In this document: positions 1 through 12,195 of the stretch, one piece after another
Layout: each line of letters begins with the position of its first letter
Position numbering within the stretch: the stretch's first letter is position 1
NCBI GenBank assembly: GCA_021787665.1
Contig: JAJYLN010000004.1
Location: forward strand, 68,415-132,414
From: a bacterium
GTDB taxonomy: Bacteria; JAMCPX01
Direction: 5' to 3'
Length of the DNA: 64,000 nt
Program-made: the position numbers and the translations under genes
The notes under the pieces: model-generated
Databases searched by the model: none
Told to the model about the DNA's origin: nothing
The model's input: only the letters and a program-made list of their open reading frames with translations

Positions 1-159
1 CTTGGATTTCAACTCATCCAGTACCGTATACAGGATTTTCTCCGAGGTCGTCTTTTTACCCTGCTTCATGATGTAATTGATAAATTTCATGATCAGCGGG
101 TCACCAAACTTGACGTCCGGCAGAACATAATTGTGTATGACCTTTTTCTTCCTCGACAT
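1..159 (-). CDS. rpsG: 30S ribosomal protein S7, N-terminal part (gene runs off the window start)
   Basis: Minus-strand translation from ATG at 157-159 reads MSRKKKVIHNYVLPDVKFGDPLIMKFINYIMKQGKKTTSEKILYTVLDEL, an S7-like N-terminus; sits directly downstream of rpsL as in the str operon. Absent from the ORF track because it is truncated. Confidence 0.85.
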   Translation of the reverse strand, partial: MSRKKKVIHNYVLPDVKFGDPLIMKFINYIMKQGKKTTSEKILYTVLDELKSK

Positions 160-179
160 TTAATACCTCTCTGCCTGAC

Positions 180-554
180 TCACGCTTTCTGTCTCTTGAC
201 GCCGTACTTGGAACGGCCCTTTTTCCTCTCTTTTACCCCGGTGGTGTCCAGAGATCCCCGTATGATATGGTATCGTACCCCCGGCAAATCCCTGACCCTG
301 CCGCCCCTGACGAGCACGACGGCGTGCTCCTGCAATTCGTGGCCGATCCCCGGGATATAGGCAGTCACTTCCATCCCGTTCGTCAGACGTACTCGCGCCA
401 CCTTCCGCAGAGCAGAGTTCGGCTTCTTCGGTGTCGTCGTATATACCCGTATGCACACTCCTCTCCTCTGAGGGTTCCTCTGCAGCGCAGCAGCCTTGCT
501 CTTTGTCTTCATTCTCTTCCGTGCCCTTTTAATAAGCTGATTGATCGTTGTCAC
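180..554 (-). CDS. rpsL: 30S ribosomal protein S12
   Basis: 124-aa ORF with typical S12 sequence (TINQLIKR...[11 protein letters not shown]...[17 protein letters not shown]); start codon appears to be GTG. Confidence 0.96.
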   Translation of the reverse strand: MTTINQLIKRARKRMKTKSKAAALQRNPQRRGVCIRVYTTTPKKPNSALRKVARVRLTNGMEVTAYIPGIGHELQEHAVVLVRGGRVRDLPGVRYHIIRGSLDTTGVKERKKGRSKYGVKRQKA

Positions 555-620
555 TTCTTACTCCCAAAAAGAAATTTTTCTTTTAAACATAAACGTCCTC
601 CTCTGTCAACAAGTTTTTAA

Positions 621-3600
621 CTACGGGAACGTCGTTCCCTTCGCTTCCACCTTCACCTCAACATTCTCCTCTTCATAGAAGGGCTCGATCCCGAGCTTCA
701 CATCACCGTAGTCTTCATGGCCCGTTCCTCCAGGTATAAGCCTCCCCAAGATGATGTTCTCCTTCAGGCCTTTCAGGTTATCGACCTTCCCCATGATGGC
801 TGCCTCCGTGAGTACCTTCGTCGTGTCCTGGAACGATGCGGCAGAAATAAAACTGTCCGTACTGAGCGAAGCCTTAGTTATCCCGAGGAGCATCTGCTCC
901 GCGACCGCTGGTTTCTGGCCCTTGTTGATTATCTTCTGGTTAACGTCTTCGAAGTAATACTTCTCTACGTGCTCGCCCGGCAGGAACATCGTATCTCCCG
1001 GCTCATTGATCTTGATCCTCCGCACCATCTGTCGGACTATCACCTCAATGTGCTTATCGTTTATCTTTACTCCCTGATATCGGTAGACCTCCTGTATCTC
1101 GTTCACGAGGAATTTGGCCAGCTCTTTCACACCGAGTACCCTGAGGATATCATGGGGATTTATCAGACCGTCCGTCAGGGGTTCGCCCGCCTTGACATGA
1201 TCCCCCTCCTGCACGTTGATGTGTCTGCCCTTGCTGATGTTGTATGTCTTCGATTCACCGATGGACGGACTGACGACGATCGTGGTTTTGCCCTTCACGT
1301 CATTGCTGAAATGCACCGTGCCGTCGATCTCCGAGATGATGGCGGACTCTTTCGGCTTACGTGCTTCGAAGAGGTCGACGACCCTGGGAAGACCGCCGGT
1401 AATATCTTTCGTCTTCGTTGTCTCGCGGGGTATCTTGGCAAGCATGTCGCCCGCCTTGACTTTCTCGCCGTCCTTTACGACGAGCTCCGCCTTGATGGGC
1501 AACGAAATGAACACCGGTGTGTTCGTGCCCGGCACCTTGACAGTAACGCCGTTCTCGTTCACGATGGATATGTGCGGCCGCTTGTCCGGGTCTTTCGATT
1601 CTATGATCATCTTCGTAGACCGACCGGTCTGCTCGTTCCATGTCTCCTCGACGGTGACACCCTCTTCGATATCTCCGTACCGTACGATGCCCCCGGCCTC
1701 GGTCAGGATCGGGCTCGCGTAGGGATCCCATGAAGCAAGGACGGTGTCTGCCTTTACCTTTGCGCCGTCCTCCACCTGCAGGGTCGCCCCGTAGACAATC
1801 TTGTACCGCTCCTTCTCTCTCCCGCTCTCTTCGGCGATTATGAACTCACCGTGTCGGTTCATGACGATTGTCTTGCCTTCCTCGCTCTTCACCGTCTTCA
1901 GCCCTATGAACTTGACGATGCCCTCGTACTTCGCCTCGAGCGAGTTCTGCTCGACCTTACGGCTCGCGGTACCACCAACGTGGAATGTCCGCATTGTCAA
2001 CTGGGTACCCGGCTCGCCAATCGACTGGGCCGCTATTACACCGACGGCCTCTCCGATATCGACCAGCTTACCCCGGGCAAGATCCTGGCCATAGCACCTG
2101 GCACAGACCCTGCCGCCCCTCGATCTGCATGTCAACACAGACCGGATAACGACACTCTCCACGCCCGCATCCTCTATCTTTTTGACCAGATCGTCGTTGA
2201 TCAGTTCGTTCGCCTTTACCAGGACCTCGCCGGAGAACGGGTCCACGACGTCCGTCAGGACCACCCTGCCCACGATTCTCTCGCCGAGGGTCTGTACGAC
2301 CTCTCCGTCGACGACCAGGGGCGTTACAACGATACCGTCCAGAGTGCCGCAGTCGTCGTCCTCTATGATGGCGTCCTGAGCCACGTCGACGAGCCTCCTC
2401 GTGAGGTACCCTGAGTTCGATGTCTTGAGCGCCGTATCGGCAAGGCCCTTCCGTGCGCCGTGCGTCGATATGAAGTACTCGAGGACGTTCAGGCCCTCCC
2501 TGAAATTCGATAGAATGGGGGTCTCCATGATATCGCCCGAGGGCTTCGTCATCAGTCCCCTCATGCCGGCAAGCTGCTTTATCTGCTCATCGCTGCCCCG
2601 TGCTCCGGAGTCTGCCATGATATAGATGGGGTTGAAGCTGGGCACCTTCCTGTTGACCCCGCCCCTGTTGACGATGACCTCTCCGGCGATCTCTTTCTTC
2701 ATCTCGAAGGCAACGTTCTCGCTCGCCTTTGCCCAAATGTCGATGATCTGGTTGTGCTTCTCCCCGGGCGACAGGAGCCTGTCGTTTGCCCTCTCGGTAA
2801 CCTGCCGAACCTCCTCGAGTGCCCGCTTTACGATGTCGGACTTCTTGGGCGGTATCTTCATGTCGTTGATCGATATGGAGATACCCGCCTCGGTCGCCAT
2901 TTTGAATCCGATGTCCTTTATCCTGTCCGCGAGCAATACGGTCTCTTTTTCGCCGGCGATCTTGTAGCAGAGATCGATAAGGTTGGCGATTTCTTTTTTA
3001 CCCATGACCTTATTGATGTTGTCGAAAGAGATGCTCGGGGGAAGCACCTCTGAGAGCATCGCGCGCCCTACGGTCGTTTCGTACATCTTGCCGTTGAGCC
3101 TCAATCGTATCTTTGCGTGGAGGTCGACCGCCCTGAGCTCGTACGCGGTCCTTACCTCCTCGTGGCTCGAGAAATATTTGCCTTCTCCTTTCACATACGC
3201 GCTCGGCTTGGTCATGTAGTAGAGGCCCAGAACGATGTCCTGCGTAGGATTGATGATGGGCTTTCCGTTCGCCGGGGAGAGGATATTGTTCGTGGACATC
3301 ATGAGTATCCTTGCCTCTGTTTGCGCCTCCACGGACAGCGGCACATGCACGGCCATCTGGTCACCGTCGAAATCTGCGTTAAACGCCGGACAGACGAGCG
3401 GGTGCAGGTGTATCGCCTTGCCTTCCACAAGCATGGGCTCGAACGCCTGTATCCCGAGCCTGTGGAGCGTCGGCGCCCTGTTCAGAAACACCGGGTGCTC
3501 AGTGATGACTTCCTCGAGGACGTCCCAGACCTCGGGCTTTTCCTTTTCCACCATCTTTTTCGCTGTCTTGATGGTCGTTGCGTAGCCATACTCTTCGAGC

Positions 3601-4754
3601 TTGTTATAAACGAAGGGTTTGAAGAGCTCTAGAGCGATCTGCTTGGGAAGGCCGCACTGGTGCAGCTTCAGTTCCGGCCCTACCACGATGACGGACCGCG
3701 CCGAATAGTCCACCCTCTTGCCGAGGAGGTTCTGTCTGAACCTGCCGTGCTTGCCCCGTATGGTCTCGCTGAGCGACTTCAGTTCCCTCCTGTTCGCCGA
3801 CGTGACCGTCTTGCCCCGCTTGCCGTTATCGATAAGGGCGTCGACAGCCTCCTGCAGCATCCTCTTCTCGTTCCGGATGATGATGTCCGGCGCATCTATC
3901 TCGAGGAGCTTCTTCAGCCTGTTGTTCCTATTGATGATCCTCCTGTAAAGATCGTTGAGGTCCGCCGATGCAAAGCGCCCTCCCTCCAGATGGACGAGCG
4001 GACGCAGCTCCGGAGGCAGAACCGGCAGGACCTCGAGGACCATCCATTCAGGCCTGTTGCCTGAATGTCTGAAGGCCTCGACGATCTTCAGCCTTTTCCC
4101 GAGCTTTTTCCTCTTCTGGTCGGAGGTCGTGCCCTTTATCTCGCGGCTGAGCTCCTTGGAAAGCTTCTCGAGGTTGACCCTGCTCAAGAGCTCACGGATT
4201 GCCTCGGCTCCCATTTTTGCGGTAAAGCCGGTCGGCCCGTACTGTTTCACGAGCTCGAGGTACTTCTCCTCCTTCAGCAACTCTTTCTCTTTCAGCGGCG
4301 TGCCCTTGGGGTCTATCACGATGTACGACTCGAAGTATACGACCCTCTCCAGCTCCCGCGCCGTAAGGTTGAGCATGTTTCCGATCGGACTCGGTATGTT
4401 CTTCAAAAACCAGATGTGCGCCACCGGGCAGACGAGCTCTATGTGTCCCATGCGTTCTCTCCTGACCTTGGACTGAATGACCTCTACGCCGCACTTCTCG
4501 CACACGACGCCGCGGTGCTTCATTCTCTTATATTTACCACATAGGCACTCGTAGTCCTTTATCGGACCGAAGATCTTTGCACAGAACAACCCATCCCTCT
4601 CCGGCTTGAAAGTTCGGTAGTTTATGGTCTCCGGCTTTTTCACCTCGCCGTGCGACCAGCTCCTTATCTTCTCCGGAGAAGCAATGCCGATCTTGACCGC
4701 TGCTACTTCGTTCGGATTCTTGGGCTTTTCGTGCTGAAAAAAACCTTCTTCCAT
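621..4754 (-). CDS. rpoC: DNA-directed RNA polymerase subunit beta-prime
   Basis: 1377-aa ORF with the zinc-binding CxxC...CxxC N-terminus and conserved NADFDGD catalytic motif (here [14 protein letters not shown]); follows rpoB. Confidence 0.98.
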   Translation of the reverse strand: MEEGFFQHEKPKNPNEVAAVKIGIASPEKIRSWSHGEVKKPETINYRTFKPERDGLFCAKIFGPIKDYECLCGKYKRMKHRGVVCEKCGVEVIQSKVRRERMGHIELVCPVAHIWFLKNIPSPIGNMLNLTARELERVVYFESYIVIDPKGTPLKEKELLKEEKYLELVKQYGPTGFTAKMGAEAIRELLSRVNLEKLSKELSREIKGTTSDQKRKKLGKRLKIVEAFRHSGNRPEWMVLEVLPVLPPELRPLVHLEGGRFASADLNDLYRRIINRNNRLKKLLEIDAPDIIIRNEKRMLQEAVDALIDNGKRGKTVTSANRRELKSLSETIRGKHGRFRQNLLGKRVDYSARSVIVVGPELKLHQCGLPKQIALELFKPFVYNKLEEYGYATTIKTAKKMVEKEKPEVWDVLEEVITEHPVFLNRAPTLHRLGIQAFEPMLVEGKAIHLHPLVCPAFNADFDGDQMAVHVPLSVEAQTEARILMMSTNNILSPANGKPIINPTQDIVLGLYYMTKPSAYVKGEGKYFSSHEEVRTAYELRAVDLHAKIRLRLNGKMYETTVGRAMLSEVLPPSISFDNINKVMGKKEIANLIDLCYKIAGEKETVLLADRIKDIGFKMATEAGISISINDMKIPPKKSDIVKRALEEVRQVTERANDRLLSPGEKHNQIIDIWAKASENVAFEMKKEIAGEVIVNRGGVNRKVPSFNPIYIMADSGARGSDEQIKQLAGMRGLMTKPSGDIMETPILSNFREGLNVLEYFISTHGARKGLADTALKTSNSGYLTRRLVDVAQDAIIEDDDCGTLDGIVVTPLVVDGEVVQTLGERIVGRVVLTDVVDPFSGEVLVKANELINDDLVKKIEDAGVESVVIRSVLTCRSRGGRVCARCYGQDLARGKLVDIGEAVGVIAAQSIGEPGTQLTMRTFHVGGTASRKVEQNSLEAKYEGIVKFIGLKTVKSEEGKTIVMNRHGEFIIAEESGREKERYKIVYGATLQVEDGAKVKADTVLASWDPYASPILTEAGGIVRYGDIEEGVTVEETWNEQTGRSTKMIIESKDPDKRPHISIVNENGVTVKVPGTNTPVFISLPIKAELVVKDGEKVKAGDMLAKIPRETTKTKDITGGLPRVVDLFEARKPKESAIISEIDGTVHFSNDVKGKTTIVVSPSIGESKTYNISKGRHINVQEGDHVKAGEPLTDGLINPHDILRVLGVKELAKFLVNEIQEVYRYQGVKINDKHIEVIVRQMVRRIKINEPGDTMFLPGEHVEKYYFEDVNQKIINKGQKPAVAEQMLLGITKASLSTDSFISAASFQDTTKVLTEAAIMGKVDNLKGLKENIILGRLIPGGTGHEDYGDVKLGIEPFYEEENVEVKVEAKGTTFP

Positions 4755-4770
4755 GGTAACCTCCTGTGAA

Positions 4771-7700
4771 TCACTCCATCTGATCTTTTTCTATCAGGTC
4801 CACGTCCAGGGCCATACTCTTCAGTTCCCTCTTGAGCACATTGAAGGCTTCCGGTATTCCTGGCTCAAAATTGTGTTTCCCCTTCGTTATCGAGTCGAAG
4901 ATCCTCGTCCTACCCTGTATGTCGTCGGACTTAACCGTGATCATCTCTTGCAGCGAGTAGGCTGCCCCGTAAGCCTCGAACGCCCATACTTCCATCTCTC
5001 CGAGCCTCTGCCCTCCGAACTGGGCCTTTCCTCCGAGGGGCTGCTGGGTTACGAGAGAGTACGGGCCGACGGATCGTGCGTGTATCTTTTCCTCTACCAG
5101 GTGATGCAGTTTCATCATGTACATGACGCCGACCGTCACCTTTGCCCTAAACGGCTCGCCCGTCTTCCCGTCGTAGAGCACTATCTGCCCGTCCTCCGGC
5201 AAGTTTGAGATCTTCAGGAGTTCCTTTATCTCGTTCTCCGTGGCGCCGTTAAAGACCTCGGTCGTTACCCTGATGCCGTTCACCAGCCTCCCCGCATACT
5301 CGAGGAGCTCGCTGTCGCTGAGGTCATCCACGACCTTGACGATCCCTGTGTTGCTGTAAATGTCCTTAAGATAATCCCGCAGTTTTCCCGCGCTGTAGTT
5401 GTCATCGAGATACTCCTGGATCTGCTCACCCAGCTCCTTTGCGGCCCACCCGAGGTGCGTCTCGAGTATTTGGCCGACATTCAGCCTCGAAGGAACACCG
5501 AGCGGGTTCAGGATGATATCTATCGGTCTCCCGTCGGGCAGGAACGGCATGTCCTCGGCGGGCACGATTCTCGAAACAACTCCCTTGTTTCCGTGTCTGC
5601 CTGCCATCTTGTCGCCAGCGTACAGCTTCCGCTTCGTTGCAATAAAGACCTTCACCAGCTTGAAGACCCCTACGGGCAGCTCGTCGCCGCGCTTCAGCCT
5701 GTTTATCTTTTGATCGAAGATTGACTTGATCACATCCTTCTGCTCGATTGTCGAGTCGACGACCCGTCTTACCTTCTCCTGCAACTTGCTGCCTGCCATA
5801 AAATTGACCGACATCCATTTCTCCATCGGCAGCTTCGTGATGTGCTCGATGGTTATGGCGTCCCCGCGCTTGAGGGATATCTTCCTTCTCTCGTCCGAGA
5901 ACTTCTCTCCGACCTTCTCTCCTACGAGTAGCTTGCGCAGGTGCTCCTTCATCGTTTCCTCGATGATACCCAGCTCTTCTTCCTGATCGGCATGCAGCCG
6001 CACGAGTTCTTGGTCTTTCGTCCTGTCCTTGTCCGCCGAGGAGTTCTTCCTCGAAAAGATCCTGACGTCCACAACGGTGCCGTGGACACCCGGCTTTACC
6101 CGCAGGGACGTGTCCTTGACGTCCCCTGCCTTGTCCCCGAAGATCGCCTTGAGCAGCCTCTCCTCAGGTGTCGGCTGAGACTCACCCTTCGGTGTTACCT
6201 TCCCCACGAGTATATCACCCGCCTTGACCTCAGCGCCGATCCTGACAACGCCGTTCTCGTCCAGGTCCTTCAGGCTCTCCTCGCTGACATTGGGTATGTC
6301 CCTGGTTATCTCTTCTCTGCCGACCTTCAGTTCCCTGGCGGAGCACTCATACTCCTCGATGTGGATGGACGTAAAAATGTCTTCCTTGTTGATTCTCTCG
6401 CTCACGATGATCGAGTCCTCGTAGTTGTAACCGTTCCACGGCATAAAGGCCACGACGACATTCTTCCCGAGTGCCAGCTCTCCGTTAGCAACAGCCGCTC
6501 CGTCCGCAATCACATCTCCCTTTTTCACATGCTGTCCCGCCTTGACGATGGGCACCTGGTTCAGACACGTCCCCTGGTTCGACTTCTGGAACTTATGGAG
6601 ATTGTATATCTTAACGGTCGGTCCCTTGCTTCTGTTCATGTACTGGATAACGATCTTCTTGGCATCGACCGACGTCACGACACCGTCGTCCTCGGTCACG
6701 ACAACGACGCCCGAGTTCTTCGCAATGTAACCTTCGATCCCCGTGGCAACCAGCGGGGACTCCGTCTTTATGAGCGGCACCGCCTGTCTCTGCATGTTCG
6801 ATCCCATCAGTGCTCTGTTGGCGTCGTCGTGCTCGAGGAACGGTATCAGTGCTGCGGCAGCCGATACGAGCTGCACCGGAGAGACGTCCATGAGATCGAC
6901 TTCGTCACGGTGGACCATGAGGAACTCACCGTTCCTCCGCGCAGCGACATACTCCTCGATGATCTTTTTGTTGTGGTCGAGCGCCGTATTGGCCTGCGCT
7001 ATCGTTTTGTTCTCTTCATCGATCGCCGATACATACACGATCTCGTCGGTCGCGATGTTGTTTTTAACGACCCGGTAGGGCGTCCTGAGAAACCCGAACT
7101 CGTCCACCTTTGCGTAGGTGCTCATCGAAGCGATAAGACCGATGTTGGGTCCTTCCGGCGTCTCTATCGGACAGATTCTTCCGTAGTGGGTGGTATGGAC
7201 GTCCCTCACCTCGAAGCCTGCCCTCTCTCTGGTCAGTCCTCCCGGGCCGAGGGCAGATAGCCTCCTCTTGTGCGTGATCTCGGCAAGCGGGTTGGTCTGG
7301 TCCATGAACTGCGAAAGCTGGCTGCCTCCGAAAAACTCCTTGATCGCCGCGGTCACGGGCTTCGGGTTTATCAGCTCGGACGGCATGAGTGTCTGGAGAT
7401 CGTGGGTGAACTTTTCTTTTATCGTCTTCGCCATCCTCAAAAGACCAAGTTTGAATTGGTTTTCCAGGAGTTCCCCGACCGTCCTTACGCGCCGGTTGCT
7501 CAGGTGATCGATATCATCGACCTCTCCTTTGCCGTTCTTGAGGTCGAAGAGATATTTGACCGTATCAACGATGTCTTCCCTGTCCAGTATCGTAACGTCG
7601 AGGGGTATGTTCTTCCCGAGTCGGCTGTTTAGTTTCAGTCTGCCGACCCTCGTCAGGTTGTACTTCGCCTTTGAGAAGAACATGTCCTCATAGAAAGAGC

Positions 7701-8868
7701 GGGCTATCTCCGGGGTATAGGACTCGTTCGGCTTCAGCTTGGAATAGAACTCCTCAATCGCTTCCTGCTTTGCGGTCATCCTGTCAAGCAGCAGGGTGTC
7801 GCGCATGCCACCGCTTATGGATATGTTGTCGTAGAATATGAACTCCAGCTTCTCCACTCCGTTGGCGAGGAGCTTATCGAATATCTCCTTCGTGATGCCC
7901 TCGTTGCACTTCATGACGACATTGCCGTCCTTGTCCATCACGTTCCCGACCGATACTCTGCCATCGATGTCGTTATAGCGTACCGGGATAGATTTGATCT
8001 TGCGCGACGCTATTCTCCTCACCAGATTCCTGGTGATCTTCGTGCCCGCGGGCACCACAATCTCATCGGAGGCAGGATCTTTTATATCGAGGCTGAACTT
8101 CCTGTTCAAGAGGAGCTCGTAGTCCAGTTCCATCGTCAGCTGATTGCCCTTGACTTTGACAAACTCCGTCTTGTAGAACCTTCGCAGTATCTCCTCCTCC
8201 GTATAGCCGAGGGCCTTCAGGAGTACGGTCGCATAGAATTTCTTTTTCTTGTCCACTTTTACATACATGATATCTTTCTGATCGAACTCAAAATCGAGCC
8301 ATGACCCTTCGTAGGGTATAATCCTCGCCATGTAGACGGGCCTGCCCGTACTCTGAATCTTGAGCTTGTCGTACTCGAAGAACACGCCGGGTGAACGGTG
8401 CAACTGGCTGACGATGACCCTCTCGATCCCGTTTATTATGAAGGTTCCGTTCGATGTCATTATCGGTATCTCACCAAAAAACACCTCCTGCTCCTTTATA
8501 TCCCGTATGGTCTTCGTTTTTGTCTCCGGATCGACGTCCTTTAAGATAAGCCTTACCATGAGCTTCATGGGCATCGTGTACGTCAGGCTCTTTTCCTTAC
8601 ACTCATCGACGCTGTATGCAGGAGGATCCAGCAGGTACTTTACGAACTCGAGCGAAGCTGTCTCGTTGTAGTCCTTTATCGGGAAGACAACGTTGAAGGC
8701 ACCCTGAAGGCCAACATTGCCTCGTTCTTCGGGTTTGAGATCAGCCTGCAGAAACTGGTTAAAGGAATTCAACTGCACCTCGATAAGATCCGGGATGTCC
8801 ATCAGTGCATGGAACTTCCTGAAATCTTTTCTCGGCGCAAAAGACTCGTTTGATTCTTTGACAGTCAT
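4771..8868 (-). CDS. rpoB: DNA-directed RNA polymerase subunit beta
   Basis: 1365-aa ORF with typical RpoB sequence blocks; canonical position between rplL and rpoC. Confidence 0.98.
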   Translation of the reverse strand: MTVKESNESFAPRKDFRKFHALMDIPDLIEVQLNSFNQFLQADLKPEERGNVGLQGAFNVVFPIKDYNETASLEFVKYLLDPPAYSVDECKEKSLTYTMPMKLMVRLILKDVDPETKTKTIRDIKEQEVFFGEIPIMTSNGTFIINGIERVIVSQLHRSPGVFFEYDKLKIQSTGRPVYMARIIPYEGSWLDFEFDQKDIMYVKVDKKKKFYATVLLKALGYTEEEILRRFYKTEFVKVKGNQLTMELDYELLLNRKFSLDIKDPASDEIVVPAGTKITRNLVRRIASRKIKSIPVRYNDIDGRVSVGNVMDKDGNVVMKCNEGITKEIFDKLLANGVEKLEFIFYDNISISGGMRDTLLLDRMTAKQEAIEEFYSKLKPNESYTPEIARSFYEDMFFSKAKYNLTRVGRLKLNSRLGKNIPLDVTILDREDIVDTVKYLFDLKNGKGEVDDIDHLSNRRVRTVGELLENQFKLGLLRMAKTIKEKFTHDLQTLMPSELINPKPVTAAIKEFFGGSQLSQFMDQTNPLAEITHKRRLSALGPGGLTRERAGFEVRDVHTTHYGRICPIETPEGPNIGLIASMSTYAKVDEFGFLRTPYRVVKNNIATDEIVYVSAIDEENKTIAQANTALDHNKKIIEEYVAARRNGEFLMVHRDEVDLMDVSPVQLVSAAAALIPFLEHDDANRALMGSNMQRQAVPLIKTESPLVATGIEGYIAKNSGVVVVTEDDGVVTSVDAKKIVIQYMNRSKGPTVKIYNLHKFQKSNQGTCLNQVPIVKAGQHVKKGDVIADGAAVANGELALGKNVVVAFMPWNGYNYEDSIIVSERINKEDIFTSIHIEEYECSARELKVGREEITRDIPNVSEESLKDLDENGVVRIGAEVKAGDILVGKVTPKGESQPTPEERLLKAIFGDKAGDVKDTSLRVKPGVHGTVVDVRIFSRKNSSADKDRTKDQELVRLHADQEEELGIIEETMKEHLRKLLVGEKVGEKFSDERRKISLKRGDAITIEHITKLPMEKWMSVNFMAGSKLQEKVRRVVDSTIEQKDVIKSIFDQKINRLKRGDELPVGVFKLVKVFIATKRKLYAGDKMAGRHGNKGVVSRIVPAEDMPFLPDGRPIDIILNPLGVPSRLNVGQILETHLGWAAKELGEQIQEYLDDNYSAGKLRDYLKDIYSNTGIVKVVDDLSDSELLEYAGRLVNGIRVTTEVFNGATENEIKELLKISNLPEDGQIVLYDGKTGEPFRAKVTVGVMYMMKLHHLVEEKIHARSVGPYSLVTQQPLGGKAQFGGQRLGEMEVWAFEAYGAAYSLQEMITVKSDDIQGRTRIFDSITKGKHNFEPGIPEAFNVLKRELKSMALDVDLIEKDQME

Positions 8869-8887
8869 ATCGTTATTTACCTCCCAC

Positions 8888-8932
8888 AGGAATAAAACAA
8901 TACCTCAACGTCTGTTACCGGGCCCGGTAGAT
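8888..8932 (-). promoter_or_regulatory. Perfect 14-nt palindrome (TACCGGGCCCGGTA) followed by a U-rich tract in the rplL-rpoB intergenic region; possible attenuator or partial terminator
   Basis: Palindrome at about 8916-8929; on the minus-strand transcript it is followed by ...UUGUUUUAUUCC. An rplL-rpoB attenuator is known in other bacteria. Confidence 0.3.
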
Positions 8933-9070
8933 ATCGTTACCTTGCCGATTCAGAAACAGCGGACAGGCCACTCCCTTGTCCTCCTATCGGTAACAGAAGG
9001 AGCACCGAGTGCCTGTCGCAGATATATCCTTCACGCCGTTCAGAACAACAACTTCTGTGCTTTCTGGTAT

Positions 9071-9499
9071 TTATTTAACTTCTACCTTTGCTCCGACCGC
9101 TTCAAGCTGTTGCTTTATTTTCGCTGCATCTTCCTTGGATACGCCTTCCTTGACCACCTTGGGAGCGGTTTCAACAAGCTCTTTTGCCTCTTTCAGGCCG
9201 AGACTCGTTATCACCCTGATCTCCTTGATGACCTTGATCTTTTCAGCGCCGGCGTCCGTCAGGCTGACAGTGAACTCTGTCTTCTCTTCTGCCGGCTGCT
9301 GCGGAGCAGCGCTGCTCTGGGCACCTGCAGCGACTGCAGCACCCATGACCGGCATCGCGGCTGCCTTAATGCCGAACTTGTCTTCGAGCGCTTTTACCAG
9401 TTCTGCAAGCTCCATAACATTCATCCTTGATATGGCAGACAGGATTTCGTCTTTGGTCAGCGTTACCTCTTTTTCAGCGAGGCCTTCCTTTGTAGTCAT
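9071..9499 (-). CDS. rplL: 50S ribosomal protein L7/L12
   Basis: 142-aa ORF with the Ala/Glu-rich hinge and conserved C-terminal domain ([14 protein letters not shown]...[10 protein letters not shown]). Confidence 0.96.
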   Translation of the reverse strand: MTTKEGLAEKEVTLTKDEILSAISRMNVMELAELVKALEDKFGIKAAAMPVMGAAVAAGAQSSAAPQQPAEEKTEFTVSLTDAGAEKIKVIKEIRVITSLGLKEAKELVETAPKVVKEGVSKEDAAKIKQQLEAVGAKVEVK

Positions 9500-9510
9500 T
9501 ACCTACCTCC

Positions 9511-10032
9511 TCATTTTTTTTGTTCGTTCTGTAGTATTCCATGCAAAACCGTTATCAACCCCGCTATCGGTGAAGCGGCAGCGTTGACAAGTCTGGACAT
9601 CGGCGCATTCAGCGTGCTCAACAGCATACCGACCAGGGCGTTCCTATCAGGCAGGGTAGAGAACAGAACCACCTTATCAGCGGCCATAAAAGAATGATTC
9701 ATGATACCTGCCTTGATGACCAGCAGTGGATTGTTCTTCGAAAACCCGACGATCTGTTTTGCGATCGCAGAGGGATCACCGTAGGCGAACATAACGGCGG
9801 TCGAGCCCGTGAATGTCTCCTCCGTAATCCCAGGTATCGTGTCCCTGATCGACAGGAGAAATAGCGTATTCTTGACTATTTTGAGGTCTCCGTCGCTCTT
9901 CCGCAGCTCTCTCCTGAGATTGGTGAGCTCTCCCACCTTCAGGCCCTTATACCCCGTGATAAAAATGGCCTTCGACTTCGCTATCTTTCCCTGTAACGTA
10001 GAAACGAGCTCCGCTTTGGATTGTTTATTCAT
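9511..10032 (-). CDS. rplJ: 50S ribosomal protein L10
   Basis: 173-aa ORF immediately upstream of rplL; sequence and position consistent with L10. Confidence 0.93.
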   Translation of the reverse strand: MNKQSKAELVSTLQGKIAKSKAIFITGYKGLKVGELTNLRRELRKSDGDLKIVKNTLFLLSIRDTIPGITEETFTGSTAVMFAYGDPSAIAKQIVGFSKNNPLLVIKAGIMNHSFMAADKVVLFSTLPDRNALVGMLLSTLNAPMSRLVNAAASPIAGLITVLHGILQNEQKK

Positions 10033-10060
10033 TGAGAACCTTCCTCACCGTATAGTGAAT

Positions 10061-10747
10061 TTATCGATACCGAGAAATTTCGAGCTTGATGCTCGGCCCC
10101 ATCGTCGTCGACAGGTAAGCACTCTTCAGGAACTGTCCCTTGGTCGTAGCGGGCTTCAGGGATTTGAACTTCTCCATCACCGCATCGAAGTTTCCAGCCA
10201 GCTTGTCCTCAGAGAAGGACTTCTTCCCTATCACCGTGTGTACCACTCCTCCCTTGTCGTTCTTTATCTCTATCTTGCCTGCCTTCGCATCTTTTACCGC
10301 CCTGGCAATCTCGAACGTCACGGTGCCGAGCTTGGGGTTCGGCATCAATTTCTTGGGTCCGAGGATCTTGCCGAGCTTGCTCACGATTCCCATGAGGTCC
10401 GGCGTCGCGATGACCGTGTCAAAATCGAGCCACCCGGCTATGACCTTGTTCACGAGCTCTTCGGAGCCGGCGTAGTCAGCGCCTGCATCCAGTGCCTCTT
10501 TTTCGTTCTTCGTGAAAACGGCTACCTTTACCTGCTTCCCGAGGCCATACGGCAGAACGACAGTCCCCCGTATGTTCTGATCGGTCTGTTTCGTATTGAT
10601 ACTGAGATTGACGGCCAGGTCCACGGTCTCATCGAACTTTGGTCCCTGAAGATCCTTCAGGAGCTTTATGCCGTCCTTAAATTCATACACGTTGTTCCGA
10701 TCAATCCGCTTCATCTCTTCGTTAAATTTTTTCCCGTGTCTTTTCAT
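10061..10747 (-). CDS. rplA: 50S ribosomal protein L1
   Basis: 228-aa ORF with L1-like sequence; canonical position between rplK and rplJ. Confidence 0.95.
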   Translation of the reverse strand: MKRHGKKFNEEMKRIDRNNVYEFKDGIKLLKDLQGPKFDETVDLAVNLSINTKQTDQNIRGTVVLPYGLGKQVKVAVFTKNEKEALDAGADYAGSEELVNKVIAGWLDFDTVIATPDLMGIVSKLGKILGPKKLMPNPKLGTVTFEIARAVKDAKAGKIEIKNDKGGVVHTVIGKKSFSEDKLAGNFDAVMEKFKSLKPATTKGQFLKSAYLSTTMGPSIKLEISRYR

Positions 10748-10758
10748 GATAGGCTACC

Positions 10759-11184
10759 TCAGCCGATTTCTACTCCCATACTCTTTGCCGTACCTTCTAT
10801 TATCTTCACCGCGCTATCGACATCATAAGCTCCCAGATCTGCCATCTTTTGGTTCGCAATGTCAACAAGCTGCGTCCTCGTGATCTTTCCCACCTTGTTC
10901 TTCTTGGGATCACCGGATCCCTTCTCGATCTTCAGGGCCATCTTTATCAATACAGACGCGGGTGGGGTCTTCGTAATAAACGAAAAAGTTCTGTCCGAAT
11001 AAATAGTCACTAACGCAGGTATAATCAAGCCTTCCTGCATCTTCGACGTTCTCGCGTTGAATGCCTTGCAGAACTCCATGATATTTACCCCATGCTGGCC
11101 GAGCGCCGGGCCCACCGGCGGGGCCGGGTTGGCCTTGCCGGCCGGTATCTGTAATTTGACTTTCGCTATCGCCGTTTTCGCCAT
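10759..11184 (-). CDS. rplK: 50S ribosomal protein L11
   Basis: 141-aa [47 protein letters not shown] is a typical L11 N-terminus. Confidence 0.96.
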   Translation of the reverse strand: MAKTAIAKVKLQIPAGKANPAPPVGPALGQHGVNIMEFCKAFNARTSKMQEGLIIPALVTIYSDRTFSFITKTPPASVLIKMALKIEKGSGDPKKNKVGKITRTQLVDIANQKMADLGAYDVDSAVKIIEGTAKSMGVEIG

Positions 11185-11195
11185 CTCGTACTCCT

Positions 11196-11729
11196 TTAAT
11201 TTTTCTCAACCTGATTGAAGTTGACCTCAACCGGCGTCGATCTGCCGAATATGCTGACCAGCACCCGCAGCCTTCCCTTGTCGGCCTTTACCTCCTCGAC
11301 TATCCCGTTGAAGCTCGCAAACGGGCCGTCTATCACCCGTACGCTCTCGCCCGTTTCGAATGACAGCTTGGGTTTGGGCTTTACCGTCCTTTCCTGAATC
11401 TCAGAGATAAGCCGGTTCACTTCCTCGTCCGGCACGGAGGGGATTGACCTGATGTCCTTTCCCCCACCGACGAAGCCGGTGACCATAGGAGTGGACTTGA
11501 CAATATAAAAGGTTTCCTCGGTCGGTTCCAGTTGTATAAGGATATAGCCGGGAAAGAACTTCTGCTTTGACTTTTTCTTGACGCCATTGACGATCTCGAT
11601 CACGTCGGCCTGCGGTACCAATATGGTGCCGAAGAGAGGTTCCTTCCCTATCCCCTTGATCTTCTTGATCAGGGCGTCCTTCACCTTTTCCTCATAGCCG
11701 GAATATGTATGAACAACGTACCACTTCAT
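11196..11729 (-). CDS. nusG: Transcription termination/antitermination factor NusG
   Basis: NusG-like sequence begins at [16 protein letters not shown] (NGN domain) and ends with a KOW-like C-terminus; the track ORF 11196..11852 carries a spurious N-terminal extension. The ATG at 11727-11729 overlaps the secE stop (ATGA). Confidence 0.93.
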   Translation of the reverse strand: MKWYVVHTYSGYEEKVKDALIKKIKGIGKEPLFGTILVPQADVIEIVNGVKKKSKQKFFPGYILIQLEPTEETFYIVKSTPMVTGFVGGGKDIRSIPSVPDEEVNRLISEIQERTVKPKPKLSFETGESVRVIDGPFASFNGIVEEVKADKGRLRVLVSIFGRSTPVEVNFNQVEKN

Positions 11730-11929
11730 TTGAATATCAGGCTCATGATATAGCTGAAGCCGAGATCTGCGATATTGAGGTACACGGCCGTCAAGATCAC
11801 CACCACGATGATAACGACGGTCGACGTCGAGATCTGCTTCCTCGTAGGCCACGCCACCTTTTTCAGCTCGGTAATCACCTCGCTGTAGAAGAGCTTCACG
11901 CGTTCTGTAAAAGTTATCTCATTTTCCAT
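11726..11929 (-). CDS. secE: Preprotein translocase subunit SecE
   Basis: 67-aa ORF with a single C-terminal transmembrane helix, sitting between tRNA-Trp and nusG as in the conserved secE-nusG arrangement. Confidence 0.85.
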   Translation of the reverse strand: MENEITFTERVKLFYSEVITELKKVAWPTRKQISTSTVVIIVVVILTAVYLNIADLGFSYIMSLIFK

Positions 11930-11949
11930 AACTGTCTCTCTTATTAGTC

Positions 11950-12022
11950 CAGGTCAGGAGGGACTCGAACCCCCAACAGCCGGTTTTGGAGACCGGTACT
12001 CTACCAGTTGAGCTACTGACCT
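11950..12022 (-). tRNA. tRNA-Trp (anticodon CCA)
   Basis: Minus-strand sequence AGGTCAGTAGCTCAACTGGTAGAGTACCGGTCTCCAAAACCGGCTGTTGGGGGTTCGAGTCCCTCCTGACCT folds as a cloverleaf with anticodon loop CU-CCA-AA; canonical position upstream of secE. Confidence 0.85.
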
Positions 12023-12170
12023 ATTTGGTCTCCTTGTGTTCGGTATGCTTTCTGCAATGCGGACAGTACTTCCTGAGTCCCACCCTGTCGGGAGTATTCT
12101 TCTTGTTTTTCTCGCTCGTATAGTTCCTGTTCTTGCATACCGTGCATGCCAGAATAATCATTGTCCTCAT
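12021..12170 (-). CDS. rpmG: 50S ribosomal protein L33
   Basis: 49-aa ORF below the track length cutoff: [49 protein letters not shown], with two CxxC pairs typical of zinc-ribbon L33; lies between tuf and tRNA-Trp. Confidence 0.85.
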   Translation of the reverse strand: MRTMIILACTVCKNRNYTSEKNKKNTPDRVGLRKYCPHCRKHTEHKETK

Positions 12171-12195
12171 GTGTACCCCCGGGTAATCCCCCGTT

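Noticed and set aside
555-620. Promoter for rpsL in the rpoC-rpsL intergenic region (TTGACA at about 604-609 on the minus strand)
   Set aside because: A good -35 hexamer is present but no acceptable -10 at 16-18 nt spacing; rpsL may be co-transcribed with rpoBC, so not called.
5941-7260. 439-aa plus-strand ORF inside rpoB (with similar antisense ORFs at 717..1733, 2754..3053 and 3117..3632 inside rpoC)
   Set aside because: Antisense to universally conserved RNA polymerase genes; Arg-rich low-complexity translation with no recognisable motifs.
11729-11852. N-terminal 41-aa extension of the nusG ORF in the track (MAYEEADLDVDRRYHRGG...)
   Set aside because: The NusG NGN domain begins at MKWYVV and the extension overlaps secE in another frame; treated as upstream read-through.
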